This document shows, one piece after another, positions 7,425-16,857 of a DNA stretch of 64,000 bases. Every line of letters begins with the position of its first letter. Positions within the stretch are counted from its first letter, which is position 1. The notes beneath the pieces are model-generated. The model searched no databases. It was not told the DNA's origin and was given only the letters and a program-made list of their open reading frames with translations. This stretch comes from a virus, in IMG/VR virus record IMGVR_UViG_3300025005_000002, positions 96,001 through 160,000 of that record. One strand, given 5' to 3'. Both the position numbers and the translations under genes were made by a program.

Positions 7425-9249
7425 AGAATTATATGATATTGCTAAAGAATGTCGTGATACAGGTAATACTCAAAGATTTAATAATATATTACCTAATCAT
7501 TATTTAGCCAAGGGTGAGAAATTTGTATTACTAGAAGGTAATAGTAAATATGGGGCTATGTTTAATTCAATTAATAATGTTGCAGAACTTGATGCGTGGG
7601 CAAGTAGTAATTATAAGTTATCTGGTAGGTATTCCGATGAATTGACAATAGCACTTTTGCCAAAACTATTAAATATACGCCTTGAAATTAAGAATAGATT
7701 TATATATAAAGCGTTATGGATGATAACACCAGGAATGAATGTTGATATAACCCATAATATTCATTTTATCGGTGGTGTACCTATTTGTCGTATGCCCTCA
7801 GATAATGGGTACATTCTTGGTTCGATTGTTTCTAAATTGTCAAACCAAGAATTATACAAATTGATGATATCACCATTTCCAGATGAACAGATATTAGCGT
7901 GTGATTTTGTTGTTTCGTGCGCACATTTTATGCCAATAGTATTTGATGAGATTGGTGATATGTTTGAAACTTTAAATAGGATTGGATTTAAGACTGCTGT
8001 TTTGTTGGGTACTACGACACCAAAATGGAGTCGAGCTATTGAGAGTGCTAAGTTGGTTGCTGGGAGTGGTAATCTTGGGTATGCGTGTACAAAGGTATTA
8101 ACTTCGTATAGTGATATAGAAATGGTAGATCTCTTATCAACCACTACAATCAATAAATGGGGTGTTACTACAGACATTTCCCCAACAACATTATTTGAGG
8201 TTGTTGGATTGTCTTGGGATACGGTCGTGGATAATGGTCAGGTCAATATTATACCGGTTGTTGCATTTAAATATGGTAATTATCCATTAGAAGGTGTGGC
8301 CCCTGGTCAAATTAAGATTGATACCAAAGCTAGGGTATTTTATAAAAAGATATTTGGGTTTAATGTACGAGATATAGATAAGTATTGTATTGGTGATGTG
8401 TTTTCGTGTGTTATTAAAGATGGGCAGATTTTATTAGAAAGGAAATTTGGTAGTGGTAAAATACCAATTTTGGCTCCTGGATGTCCAAAATGTGGTTATA
8501 GGGTTGATGTTAGGGATAACAAAATGTTTTGTATTAATCCTAGATGCCCAGCGGTTATACTTGGTAGTGTGCAAACTTGGGTGGATAAATTCTGCCCACA
8601 AGTTGGGCAACATATAATGGTTGATTTTATGCGTCGATATGAGATATCTAATATTGGTGATATTTATATGGTAGCAGATTCTGGTGATATGTCTATTGTT
8701 GAGTACCTGCCAATATTTGAAGGTGTTGAAAAAAGTAGGCAAGCTCCAGGAGAATTTTTAAATGTCTTAATGCCATTTTTAGATTTTCCAATATGTGATA
8801 GAATTATGGCATCTTTTTCGGTTAGTAGTATGGGTGTTGAACATACTATTGATCAGATTTTTTTGCCTTCCACATTAGCACGGTTGGAACTTGATGGTGA
8901 TATTATTGATAAAACGTTAGAATTTCTAGATACAAATAAGGTGCAGTTTGTAAATTTTATGCGGCGATATAGGGAACCACCGTCAAAACACAAATTATAT
9001 AAGAGAACATTTTTTATAGATGGATTACTTTATGATAGAGATAGGTTTAAATATGAAAAAGTTATTAGTAATTATTGTGGTAGGGTTATTTCTAATTTCA
9101 TGCCATATGTTACTGGGGTTATTTATGGAAAATATATAGACAGTGTAACGATGGGAGCGATCAAGCAGTTGGCTACACATAAAGATGTTGCGATATATTC
9201 TGAGGAAGAATTTAATAAGCTTGTTAATCAAGCAGATGGGGGTAAGTGA
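7378..9249 (+). CDS. highly divergent NAD-dependent DNA ligase (LigA)-like protein, probably catalytically altered
   Basis: LigA domain order retained: VDITHNI after motif I, OB region, CPKCG-x10-CINPRCP zinc finger, HhH region, BRCT-like C-terminus (TFFIDGL...IYSEEEFNKLV). Motif I KxDG reads KLLN. Confidence 0.7.
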   Translation: MKNFVVKFMGDFMTNKELYDIAKECRDTGNTQRFNNILPNHYLAKGEKFVLLEGNSKYGAMFNSINNVAELDAWASSNYKLSGRYSDELTIALLPKLLNIRLEIKNRFIYKALWMITPGMNVDITHNIHFIGGVPICRMPSDNGYILGSIVSKLSNQELYKLMISPFPDEQILACDFVVSCAHFMPIVFDEIGDMFETLNRIGFKTAVLLGTTTPKWSRAIESAKLVAGSGNLGYACTKVLTSYSDIEMVDLLSTTTINKWGVTTDISPTTLFEVVGLSWDTVVDNGQVNIIPVVAFKYGNYPLEGVAPGQIKIDTKARVFYKKIFGFNVRDIDKYCIGDVFSCVIKDGQILLERKFGSGKIPILAPGCPKCGYRVDVRDNKMFCINPRCPAVILGSVQTWVDKFCPQVGQHIMVDFMRRYEISNIGDIYMVADSGDMSIVEYLPIFEGVEKSRQAPGEFLNVLMPFLDFPICDRIMASFSVSSMGVEHTIDQIFLPSTLARLELDGDIIDKTLEFLDTNKVQFVNFMRRYREPPSKHKLYKRTFFIDGLLYDRDRFKYEKVISNYCGRVISNFMPYVTGVIYGKYIDSVTMGAIKQLATHKDVAIYSEEEFNKLVNQADGGK

Positions 9250-9449
9250 TGCCTAAAGAAGATGAATTTGAAAATGCTGTAGACCCAGGGGAGCCACCAG
9301 TTGTAGAAGCTCCTGGTGCAGAAGAGGAAGTAGATGATTTCCCAGATGCTCAGATTTTGGTTGACGAGACAACTGGACAGACGTTCATTGCTTTCGAAGT
9401 TCAACCGCAGGATGTAATAGAAGAAGAAGAGAAAGAAGAGAAAGAATAA
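9246..9449 (+). CDS. very acidic small protein
   Basis: Rich in E/D/P; ATGA-type coupling. Confidence 0.55.
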   Translation: MMPKEDEFENAVDPGEPPVVEAPGAEEEVDDFPDAQILVDETTGQTFIAFEVQPQDVIEEEEKEEKE

Positions 9450-9962
9450 ATGCCCCACAAAAATAAAGAGGAGGTAAAAGAGTACAAACGTAAATACTAT
9501 ATAAAAAATAAGGAGGAGATAAACAAGAAACAAGGGGTGTACAGGTGTAATAATCGAGAGAAAATACGTGTGCAGGAAAACGATCATTACAAAAAGTTTA
9601 GTGGTAAAATTAGAAAATATAGTAGGGGACAAGGATACAAATATCGCACAAGGCTTAAATTAGAATGTTTAACTCATTATTCTTTATTTGATTTTCCTAA
9701 ATGCTCTTACCCAGGATGTGAAGTAGCTGATGTTGATATGCTTGTATTGGACCATGTGATGGATAATGGGTCAAAACACAGAGAAGAAGTCAAAGCCACA
9801 CATGGCAAATCTAGTACTAGTTTTTTTGTGTTTTTAATTAAAAGCAATTTCCCACTTGGTATATAAGTATTATGTGCTAATCATAATTTAAAGAAAGAAA
9901 TTGAAAGGAAAAGGCAGATGATGTTACACCAAGGGATAAATACAGGGGGAGAGGAAAAATAG
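9450..9962 (+). pseudogene. HNH-type endonuclease interrupted by an in-frame TAA at 9864-9866
   Basis: LDHVMDNG...NFPLGI*VLCANHN; the paralogue at 24668 reads LCIDHINNNG...YPTEFQVLCWNHN. The frame stays open to TAG at 9960-9962, abutting the next ATG. Confidence 0.8.
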
Positions 9963-11144
9963 ATGTCTAAGGTAACAGTATTGGTTGGTGGGGCTTGGGG
10001 TAGTGAAGGAAAAGGTAAACTTGCGAATATTATCGCGGACTACTATAGTGTTCATGTTCGTACTGGTGCGCCAAATGCGGGGCATACAATTTACTATAAT
10101 GGGGATAAGGTTGTAATGCAAACTATCCCAGTTGGCTGGACCAATTTTGATGCCAAGTTAATAATTGGTGCTGGTGGGATGATTATACCAGAGCTTTTCT
10201 TTAAAGAGATTGCAATGCTTAAGAAATATGATCCTAATATTGAAAAGCGAGTTTTTATTCATCCAAATGTAGTGATTATTGAGCCTAAGCATATTTTGGC
10301 TGAGTATGGGCAGACTGAACCTTGTGATTATGCCCATAAGCCAATGGAGTGCCCACAGTGGCAGACAATTAAAGCAAATATTCAGAACGACCTAGTAGAT
10401 CCGTGCACTAAGTGTGATAAGTTGAGTGATAATGATCTTTGGAAGAAGGTTGGATCAACGCGTGAGGGTTGTGGTGCCGCACTCGCAGATAAGATTTGGC
10501 GTGGTGCTTCCCCAAGAGGGCTGGTCAAGTTGGCTGGTGAATGGCCCGGAATTAAGGAATTTTGTTGTGATACCACACTAATGATTAATGAGTTGATTGA
10601 TGATGGTGAATCAGTATTACTAGAGGGAACACAAGGGTCGGGTCTTTCATTGCATCATGGTACTTATCCGAAGACTACATCTCGGGATACTAATGCGGGG
10701 GGGTGGATTAGTGAAGCTGGGATTTCTCCATTGGTTGTCACTGACGTTATTGCTGCTATCCGCCCTTATCCTATTAGGGTGGCTGGTGATAGCGGTCCTA
10801 CGGGCTCACAGGAAATCACGTGGGCAGAAGTTGAGCGTAGAGCTGGTGTTCCAGAGGGAAGTTTTAAGGAAATTACGACAGTCACCAAGCGCGTTAGGCG
10901 GGTATTTGAATTTTCTAATGAGTGGTTTAAGAAAACGGCGATGATCAACCGTTTCACCGGTATTGGTTTAATGTTTGCTGATTACATCTCTGCCAAGGAT
11001 GCTGGTGTTAATAAGTGGGATGAACTTTCTGATGAGACCAAGGCTTGGGTGGCAGCATTTGAAGAGGAATACAATATTCCAATTGTTTGGATTTCAACAG
11101 GGCCATACAAAGAACAAACTATAATTAGGGAGGTATTTGAATAA
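9963..11144 (+). CDS. purZ: PurZ/PurZ0-type N6-succino-2-amino-dAMP synthetase (adenylosuccinate synthetase family)
   Basis: Short archaeal-type PurA fold (PNAGHT, LEGTQG, TTVTKRVRRV, STGP). GGAWGSEGKG has Ser14 where PurA has Asp; RPYPIRV replaces PurA KAY/FxTRV; MFAD keeps the guanine-binding Asp. Confidence 0.85.
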   Translation: MSKVTVLVGGAWGSEGKGKLANIIADYYSVHVRTGAPNAGHTIYYNGDKVVMQTIPVGWTNFDAKLIIGAGGMIIPELFFKEIAMLKKYDPNIEKRVFIHPNVVIIEPKHILAEYGQTEPCDYAHKPMECPQWQTIKANIQNDLVDPCTKCDKLSDNDLWKKVGSTREGCGAALADKIWRGASPRGLVKLAGEWPGIKEFCCDTTLMINELIDDGESVLLEGTQGSGLSLHHGTYPKTTSRDTNAGGWISEAGISPLVVTDVIAAIRPYPIRVAGDSGPTGSQEITWAEVERRAGVPEGSFKEITTVTKRVRRVFEFSNEWFKKTAMINRFTGIGLMFADYISAKDAGVNKWDELSDETKAWVAAFEEEYNIPIVWISTGPYKEQTIIREVFE

Positions 11145-11410
11145 TGGTGATGCTAAAATTAACACCGATTCCATTGGAAGAGCAAGCATGTTGTACAAAA
11201 GATGACGTTTTTGTGGTACAACACAATGCTGATGAAGATGCATGTTGTGGCCCAGTAAATGAGATCCTCGGTATTTTCACCAATGAAAAGGCAGCTAAGA
11301 AGTGTGCAGTGGCTGCCAAAAAGGCAGATGGGTATAAGGGTAAGGAAGTGAAGTTTCATTCGTATGATGTGGAATCATGGGTAGTAAGCGATAAGTTTAG
11401 GGAGTGGTGA
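11144..11410 (+). CDS. hypothetical protein coupled to purZ
   Basis: Start overlaps purZ stop; two vicinal CC pairs. Confidence 0.6.
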   Translation: MVMLKLTPIPLEEQACCTKDDVFVVQHNADEDACCGPVNEILGIFTNEKAAKKCAVAAKKADGYKGKEVKFHSYDVESWVVSDKFREW

Positions 11411-11413
11411 TAA

Positions 11414-11653
11414 ATGATATATAATGTATCACTTGGTATTACATTAAATATGGGTAATTTTAATTCAGTGCGTGCAGAGGTTACTACCGGGGCCGAGAAT
11501 TATAGCGAAGCATTCGAAGAGTCACGCACAAAACTTTTCGATGCAGCATACCATTTAGCAAAGGAGGTGGAAAAAGGATTAGGATCAAATACAATTAGCG
11601 ACAGTGCCGTTGGATTTTTGGCTAGCAAGCTGACTGAAGAACCACGAATTTGA
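11414..11653 (+). CDS. hypothetical protein
   Basis: Coupled ORF. Confidence 0.65.
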   Translation: MIYNVSLGITLNMGNFNSVRAEVTTGAENYSEAFEESRTKLFDAAYHLAKEVEKGLGSNTISDSAVGFLASKLTEEPRI

Positions 11654-11682
11654 GGCAGCGCCTCAAAGAACAGGAGCTTTAA

Positions 11683-12972
11683 ATGGGCTGGAGAGACAGC
11701 AGATTTGGTTTTATGAAAATTGAGGATAATAAGAAGTACAGAGTTCGGATTTTAATGCCATTTAAATGTAAGAAGTGCGGTGTCAGTGGGTATTATCCTA
11801 ACTGGCCAAATGTGACGTGCACCTGTGGTGTTGGATCTGATGATTTAGTAGAAGCCGAGTGCGTATCAGGTTGGTACCATCGCGTTCCTAGTGTATCAGA
11901 CCCAGTGACACGTGCGACGATTCGTAAATATCGTACGTTCTTATGTAATATTCAGGGTGTGGCCCGTGGTGGAAAGCGTGAATGTCAAGCAGATCTCTGT
12001 GGTAAGTTGGACCCAATGTTTAGGATGCTTGCACCTAGGGATCAGAGGCGAAAGCGCAATGGTGTGGAGGTCGATAGCCATTTTGGGATTACCCCACAGC
12101 ATATAATCACGGTCTACAGCTATGATGAGCAGAAGCCAATGGTATTGAAATTTGGTAATGATCTTCGTAGTGAGTTTGTGCGGATTATCACTGCCAAGAA
12201 TTCTCTAGCTGGCCGGGATATTATCGTGTGGCGGGAGAAAAATAATAACCAGACTACATACAAGGCAGAAGCACAAGATCCTTCTTCTTTTTCAGAGAAT
12301 GTTGATTATGGTTCGATCTCGTTTGATGCAGTATTAGCTTTTGAAAATGTTGCCCCAGTGAAGGTGTGGGAATTTGTTTCTACTGGCAAAATCTCTGGTG
12401 AGGGGGGATCAAGTGCCCTTCCTTTTAGTGAACAATCTAAGGCCATTGCTGGTGGGTTCCCAACTCAAGGTGATATTGACAAATATAAGCAAGCTCGTTT
12501 GCTCGTGGTAGATGTTGGTAAGAGATATGTCGGCAGAACTTTTGGATATTTAATTGATAATAATGAGCCGGATTATTTTAAGTGGCTTATTAATATGTCT
12601 AATTCTCCAGAAGTGAAGGCTGGGGCTGAGTGGATCTCTAGTTTGTATACTACTGGTAATATCCATTTGTTACTAAAGGTCCTAAATGATCCCCCAGAGC
12701 CGAGTGGTAATGGTGTGGGGTCTAGTGGTGAACCAGAACCAGCAATGAAGACTTCATATGTTGGGGAGCCTAGTGGTATTACTCCACAGTCTACGCGTGT
12801 TGATGAGATTAACAAAATTTTTGAGGCAAAATTTGTCGGTAAATCAGATAAAGAAATGATTGATTTCCTATCTGGAGTTTATGGTCAATATAAAAATGTT
12901 ACTGAATTGTCAATTGCATCATGGTCAGAAGAGAAGCTTAATGCGCTGGTTGAAGCATTAGCGAAGATTTAA
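11683..12972 (+). CDS. gp32-like single-stranded DNA-binding protein with Zn insert and C-terminal extra domains
   Basis: FMKIEDNKKYRVRIL...WYHRV...GRDIIVWRE...TTYKAE pattern of gp32-like OB folds; position directly before recA; CKKC/CTC insert. Confidence 0.6.
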   Translation: MGWRDSRFGFMKIEDNKKYRVRILMPFKCKKCGVSGYYPNWPNVTCTCGVGSDDLVEAECVSGWYHRVPSVSDPVTRATIRKYRTFLCNIQGVARGGKRECQADLCGKLDPMFRMLAPRDQRRKRNGVEVDSHFGITPQHIITVYSYDEQKPMVLKFGNDLRSEFVRIITAKNSLAGRDIIVWREKNNNQTTYKAEAQDPSSFSENVDYGSISFDAVLAFENVAPVKVWEFVSTGKISGEGGSSALPFSEQSKAIAGGFPTQGDIDKYKQARLLVVDVGKRYVGRTFGYLIDNNEPDYFKWLINMSNSPEVKAGAEWISSLYTTGNIHLLLKVLNDPPEPSGNGVGSSGEPEPAMKTSYVGEPSGITPQSTRVDEINKIFEAKFVGKSDKEMIDFLSGVYGQYKNVTELSIASWSEEKLNALVEALAKI

Positions 12973-12976
12973 TATT

Positions 12977-14062
12977 ATGGCAAAGAATGTAGTAGATGTA
13001 ATTAATTCTCGCTACGGGGCAACAACTATGATGTCTGGGGTGGACCGCACTGAGCGGTCCCCCATTCTTTTAGATTCTGGTGTATTAAGTTTAAATTTAG
13101 CTATTGGTACGAATGGGTTTCTTGGTGGTAGGATGGGGTTGGTGTGGGGAGAGAAACAATCGGGTAAGACCTTATTATCAACTTGTTTTGCTACGAGAGT
13201 CCAGAAAGATGGTGGTAAAGTGGCGTTCCTTGATGTTGAAGGGACATTTGATATGAAATTTGCTAAAAATTTGGGTATTGATCCTGCTAAACTTTTTATT
13301 ATCTCTTCTAAAGATGAAAGGGTAAATGAAAAGACTGGCGAATTGTTAGACCCATTGTTTGGCGAAGAATGGATTGATATCCTCATTGAGCTTATTAAAT
13401 CTAGGGAATACAATTTAATAATCTTAGATTCTATACCAGCATTGGTTCCAAGGGTTAAGATGGAAGCTGATACGGTAGATCAAAGCAAATTGAAGGCTGC
13501 ATCAGCACAGTTGATGGCAGAAATGCTTCCTAAAGTCAATTCATATTTAAATATGAATCCGTCGTGTTTTGTGTTGTTTATCTCGCAACAACGTTCAAAT
13601 CCAATGGTGACACATGGAAGCAATAGGAAGGCGGCTGGAGGGGATACAGCTGGGTTTTTCATATCTTATGAACTCTATGCTCGTAAGACTGAGAGTATTA
13701 GACGTAAAATTGCGCTTACACCGACTAAAATGGTTGAGGAAGAGGTCGCTATTCGGGTGGCGTATAGGGTTATGAAGAATAAGGTTGCCCGAGTGAATGA
13801 GCCAGCTGAGTTTATTGTTGATTTAGGTACTGGTGTAGACATAGTGGATGATACATTTGGTGTGGCTAAGCAATTTGGGATTATCAAGACTGCCGGTAGT
13901 TGGTTTTCATTTGAAGACAAGAAGGCAGCAGGTGAACAAAAGTTTAAAGAGTTAATGCAAGATCCCATAATTTTAGAGGAGATACGGGCTAAATGTGTTC
14001 AGGCACTAATTGGTCGTGATAATAATGGGCTAGTAGAAGAAGTATTGGTTGCTAACGAGTGA
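12977..14062 (+). CDS. recA: RecA/UvsX recombinase
   Basis: Walker A GEKQSGKT, FLDVEG, ILDSIPALVP, ISQQR, KNKVA, AGSWF. Confidence 0.95.
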   Translation: MAKNVVDVINSRYGATTMMSGVDRTERSPILLDSGVLSLNLAIGTNGFLGGRMGLVWGEKQSGKTLLSTCFATRVQKDGGKVAFLDVEGTFDMKFAKNLGIDPAKLFIISSKDERVNEKTGELLDPLFGEEWIDILIELIKSREYNLIILDSIPALVPRVKMEADTVDQSKLKAASAQLMAEMLPKVNSYLNMNPSCFVLFISQQRSNPMVTHGSNRKAAGGDTAGFFISYELYARKTESIRRKIALTPTKMVEEEVAIRVAYRVMKNKVARVNEPAEFIVDLGTGVDIVDDTFGVAKQFGIIKTAGSWFSFEDKKAAGEQKFKELMQDPIILEEIRAKCVQALIGRDNNGLVEEVLVANE

Positions 14063-14176
14063 ATAAAATAAGCGAGGGTATACACAATAAAAATGATTAG
14101 ATTTCATGTTGTGAGTGGTGCGATAAAATGAAGTGGATATATATACAAGTAGATTTTATTAAACAATACCAGAAGA

Positions 14177-14731
14177 TTGTTGGATATTATGGCAACAAAT
14201 AGAGGAACGTGGCAATCTATGGAGCGGCATATAGCAAAATTATTGGGGAGTTGCAGACAATATGGACAAAGTGCGAAGAGTAGTCGGTTTAAGGACCTGA
14301 GTATGCTTGGTGATGTGAAAACTGATAAGTATTTAATTGAATGTAAATTACGGGATTATGCTCCAAGAACATTCCGTATAAAACACCCACGCAAGTTTTA
14401 TTATAAATTTTCGGTTAAAAATGAGTGGTGGAAGGGGATCATAAAAGAGGCTACAATATCTGGTCGAATTCCAGTTCTTATTGTTAAGGCTAAGTATGGG
14501 CAAGACGAAGATATGATTGCAATAATGCGTGAAGATGAATTGCCATATGGATATACACCCAAAATACAACCAGATGCTTTACATAAAGTATTAAAATCTT
14601 CGGTATCCTTAAGACTAGACGGTACGTTTCCATGGGGATATGTATTGTTTAATGAATGGGTGGTGGCGCTATCATTTAAAGAATTTTTAGATGCTGTACG
14701 GAGGGCAAATGATTCCGGAACTACAGCCTAA
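14177..14731 (+). CDS. Holliday junction resolvase, Hjc-like PD-(D/E)XK nuclease
   Basis: MERHIAK...GDV...LIECK; IPVLIVK. Confidence 0.7.
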   Translation: MLDIMATNRGTWQSMERHIAKLLGSCRQYGQSAKSSRFKDLSMLGDVKTDKYLIECKLRDYAPRTFRIKHPRKFYYKFSVKNEWWKGIIKEATISGRIPVLIVKAKYGQDEDMIAIMREDELPYGYTPKIQPDALHKVLKSSVSLRLDGTFPWGYVLFNEWVVALSFKEFLDAVRRANDSGTTA

Positions 14732-15071
14732 ACCAAATGTTTCTATATTAAACATAGAAAATATTAATGTTGATGATCTAGTGGCGTTTATTTACCCAAT
14801 GAAAGTTATCCCGTTGTCTGATAGTATTGATGTAATAGCACCACTTTTGCCCCATTTTGCAAATGAATACAACCTTTTTTCGCAGTTACATGCTAAGATG
14901 ATGGCAGTTAAGTCTAGGATTAAGTCTACAGAAACTAATGTAAAGATTGATGTGTTGTATAGGGCACTTAGGTGTGCAGAGATGAACTATAATGCTGTAT
15001 CTAGGATATTGACTGTGGTACAGTCTAAGAATCCAGCACAGAAATGGAATAATACTACATTGGGGGGGTAA
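14709..15071 (+). CDS. hypothetical protein
   Basis: ORF track, start moved to ATG 14709. Confidence 0.6.
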   Translation: MIPELQPKPNVSILNIENINVDDLVAFIYPMKVIPLSDSIDVIAPLLPHFANEYNLFSQLHAKMMAVKSRIKSTETNVKIDVLYRALRCAEMNYNAVSRILTVVQSKNPAQKWNNTTLGG

Positions 15072-15277
15072 TGGCAGTTATATACCCAAGAAGAATATAT
15101 ATACCAGAAGGGTATGTTAGGTGTTATAAATGTGGTAGTACTGGGCGTATGCCGAGACACAGGGAAACATGGGAAGCCCCGCTTATAGGAGATGACACGG
15201 TATCGTGTGATGGGTGTCATGGTCTTGGGATGACACTAAATAAGTCTGTGTGTGTTGGGGGAGATAATGAAAAATGA
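15071..15277 (+). CDS. DnaJ-type zinc-finger small protein
   Basis: CYKCGSTG and CDGCHGLG (CxxCxGxG pair). Confidence 0.65.
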   Translation: MAVIYPRRIYIPEGYVRCYKCGSTGRMPRHRETWEAPLIGDDTVSCDGCHGLGMTLNKSVCVGGDNEK

Positions 15278-15452
15278 TAAAGTAATATTGTGTGGGATAC
15301 AATTAATAACTGCGAATATTGCTGAATTACTTGCTACTAAATTTCCGGAGGGTACATTGGTTGATGTTACTTCTTTAAATGAGGCACTTACATATTTAAA
15401 TCTTACACTAGAAATGGAGATCCTTAAACTCGATGGATATAGTACGGATTAA
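15267..15452 (+). CDS. hypothetical protein
   Basis: Coupled ORF, start moved to ATG 15267. Confidence 0.55.
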   Translation: MKNDKVILCGIQLITANIAELLATKFPEGTLVDVTSLNEALTYLNLTLEMEILKLDGYSTD

Positions 15453-16857
15453 GGTTAATAATGTTTATGGTCAAATACTTGATCCGATCCCAGAGAAGGT
15501 TTTCAAGGAGTTAAGAGAAGATTGTTCATATATTTCTAAGCAACTTGCTTATTCCTCTAGGCAGTATGGGTACCACCCACATCCAACTTATAGATTTAGT
15601 AAAACAATGGTTTTTAGGGTTGGATTACTAAGTAGAATACGGGGTATTCTTAGATCTCATAGTGTTCTCGCACATATTTTAGAGGAAGAGTGTAGTGATG
15701 AAACTGTGGGGTCTCCTATTCCAATAAGTGATAATTTTAAATTGCGTGATTATCAATTTAGTGCGGTAGATGATATATTGAAACGTCGCAAGACTGCCCA
15801 CGAAATTGCTACTGGTGGTGGCAAGACAATTATTATGGGGGATGCGATAGCTAAGATTGGTTTAAAGACTACAGTGCTCACCAATAGTACCGTGCTAATG
15901 CATCAGACAGCGAAGTTACTTAAGCAGATGTTGGGCATAGAAATTGGTATGGTTGGTGACTCAATTTTTAATCCAAAAGATGTGACAGTTGCAATGGTAC
16001 AATCTTTGGAGGGGGTATATGACAAGGAGGATGCGTCATCAAATAAAGGTGACAAGATTTCGCTTATCGAAGGTACTAAGTTTCTTATTGTGGATGAGTG
16101 CCATAGAATTGCGGCAAAAACGATCTTTGATCTCTCAGCTAATTTTAAAGGTGCAAGATACGCAACGTTTTTTACGGCCACCATGCGTAGATTGGATGGA
16201 AAAGACCTAGATTTAGAGGCCGCATCAGGGCCAATTTATTATTCGGTACCGATGATAAAACTCATGGATGAGGGATGGTTGGTGAGACCAACGGTATATT
16301 GTTTAAAGGTCCCACCTAGGTATATTTCACCAAAAGATTCGCACTTAATAGATTGTAAAGTGTATAACACATTGCGGGATTTCCATATTGATAAATATCA
16401 AGAGAGGACAGAATTAATAGCAGAAGCCGCCACGCACATGGTCAATTATGGGCTTCAAGTTCTTATAAGTGTAAGACACATAGAACATGGAAACAATATT
16501 AAAAAATTATTACCTAGTGCAATAGAGATTTATGCTGAAACTAGTGGACAATCGGCATTATTTGATTCTATAAGAAATAATGAAAGTGGTGGGATTTTAA
16601 TCAGTACATTATGTAAAGAAGGGTGGGATATGCCTAATTGTTCTGGACTTATTATCGCATCAGATACACAAGATCCAGAACAATTAGTTGGCAGGATTGT
16701 TAGGTTACATCCGCACAAAACTTGTGCGATTGTTGTACATTTGGCAGATCAACACCCAATATTTAGACGACACCTAAAAAATAGTGAAAGAATATTTTAT
16801 AATAAGAATAAGTTTGATATTAAAAAGGTAGATTTTATAAATGAAATCAAGAAATGA
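15433..16857 (+). CDS. superfamily II DNA helicase (UvsW/Rad3-XPB-like)
   Basis: LRDYQ Q-motif, ATGGGKT Walker A, DECH, TAT, QLVGRIVR. Confidence 0.9.
   Translation: MDIVRIKVNNVYGQILDPIPEKVFKELREDCSYISKQLAYSSRQYGYHPHPTYRFSKTMVFRVGLLSRIRGILRSHSVLAHILEEECSDETVGSPIPISDNFKLRDYQFSAVDDILKRRKTAHEIATGGGKTIIMGDAIAKIGLKTTVLTNSTVLMHQTAKLLKQMLGIEIGMVGDSIFNPKDVTVAMVQSLEGVYDKEDASSNKGDKISLIEGTKFLIVDECHRIAAKTIFDLSANFKGARYATFFTATMRRLDGKDLDLEAASGPIYYSVPMIKLMDEGWLVRPTVYCLKVPPRYISPKDSHLIDCKVYNTLRDFHIDKYQERTELIAEAATHMVNYGLQVLISVRHIEHGNNIKKLLPSAIEIYAETSGQSALFDSIRNNESGGILISTLCKEGWDMPNCSGLIIASDTQDPEQLVGRIVRLHPHKTCAIVVHLADQHPIFRRHLKNSERIFYNKNKFDIKKVDFINEIKK

Noticed and set aside
9864-9866. Genome-wide stop-codon reassignment (TAA or TAG to Gln)
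   Set aside because: TAA, TAG and TGA all terminate well-defined genes at expected positions, and long genes are uninterrupted in code 11.
9963-11144. Calling this gene ordinary purA
   Set aside because: Ser at the catalytic Asp position and the RxxPIRV loop match PurZ, not PurA.
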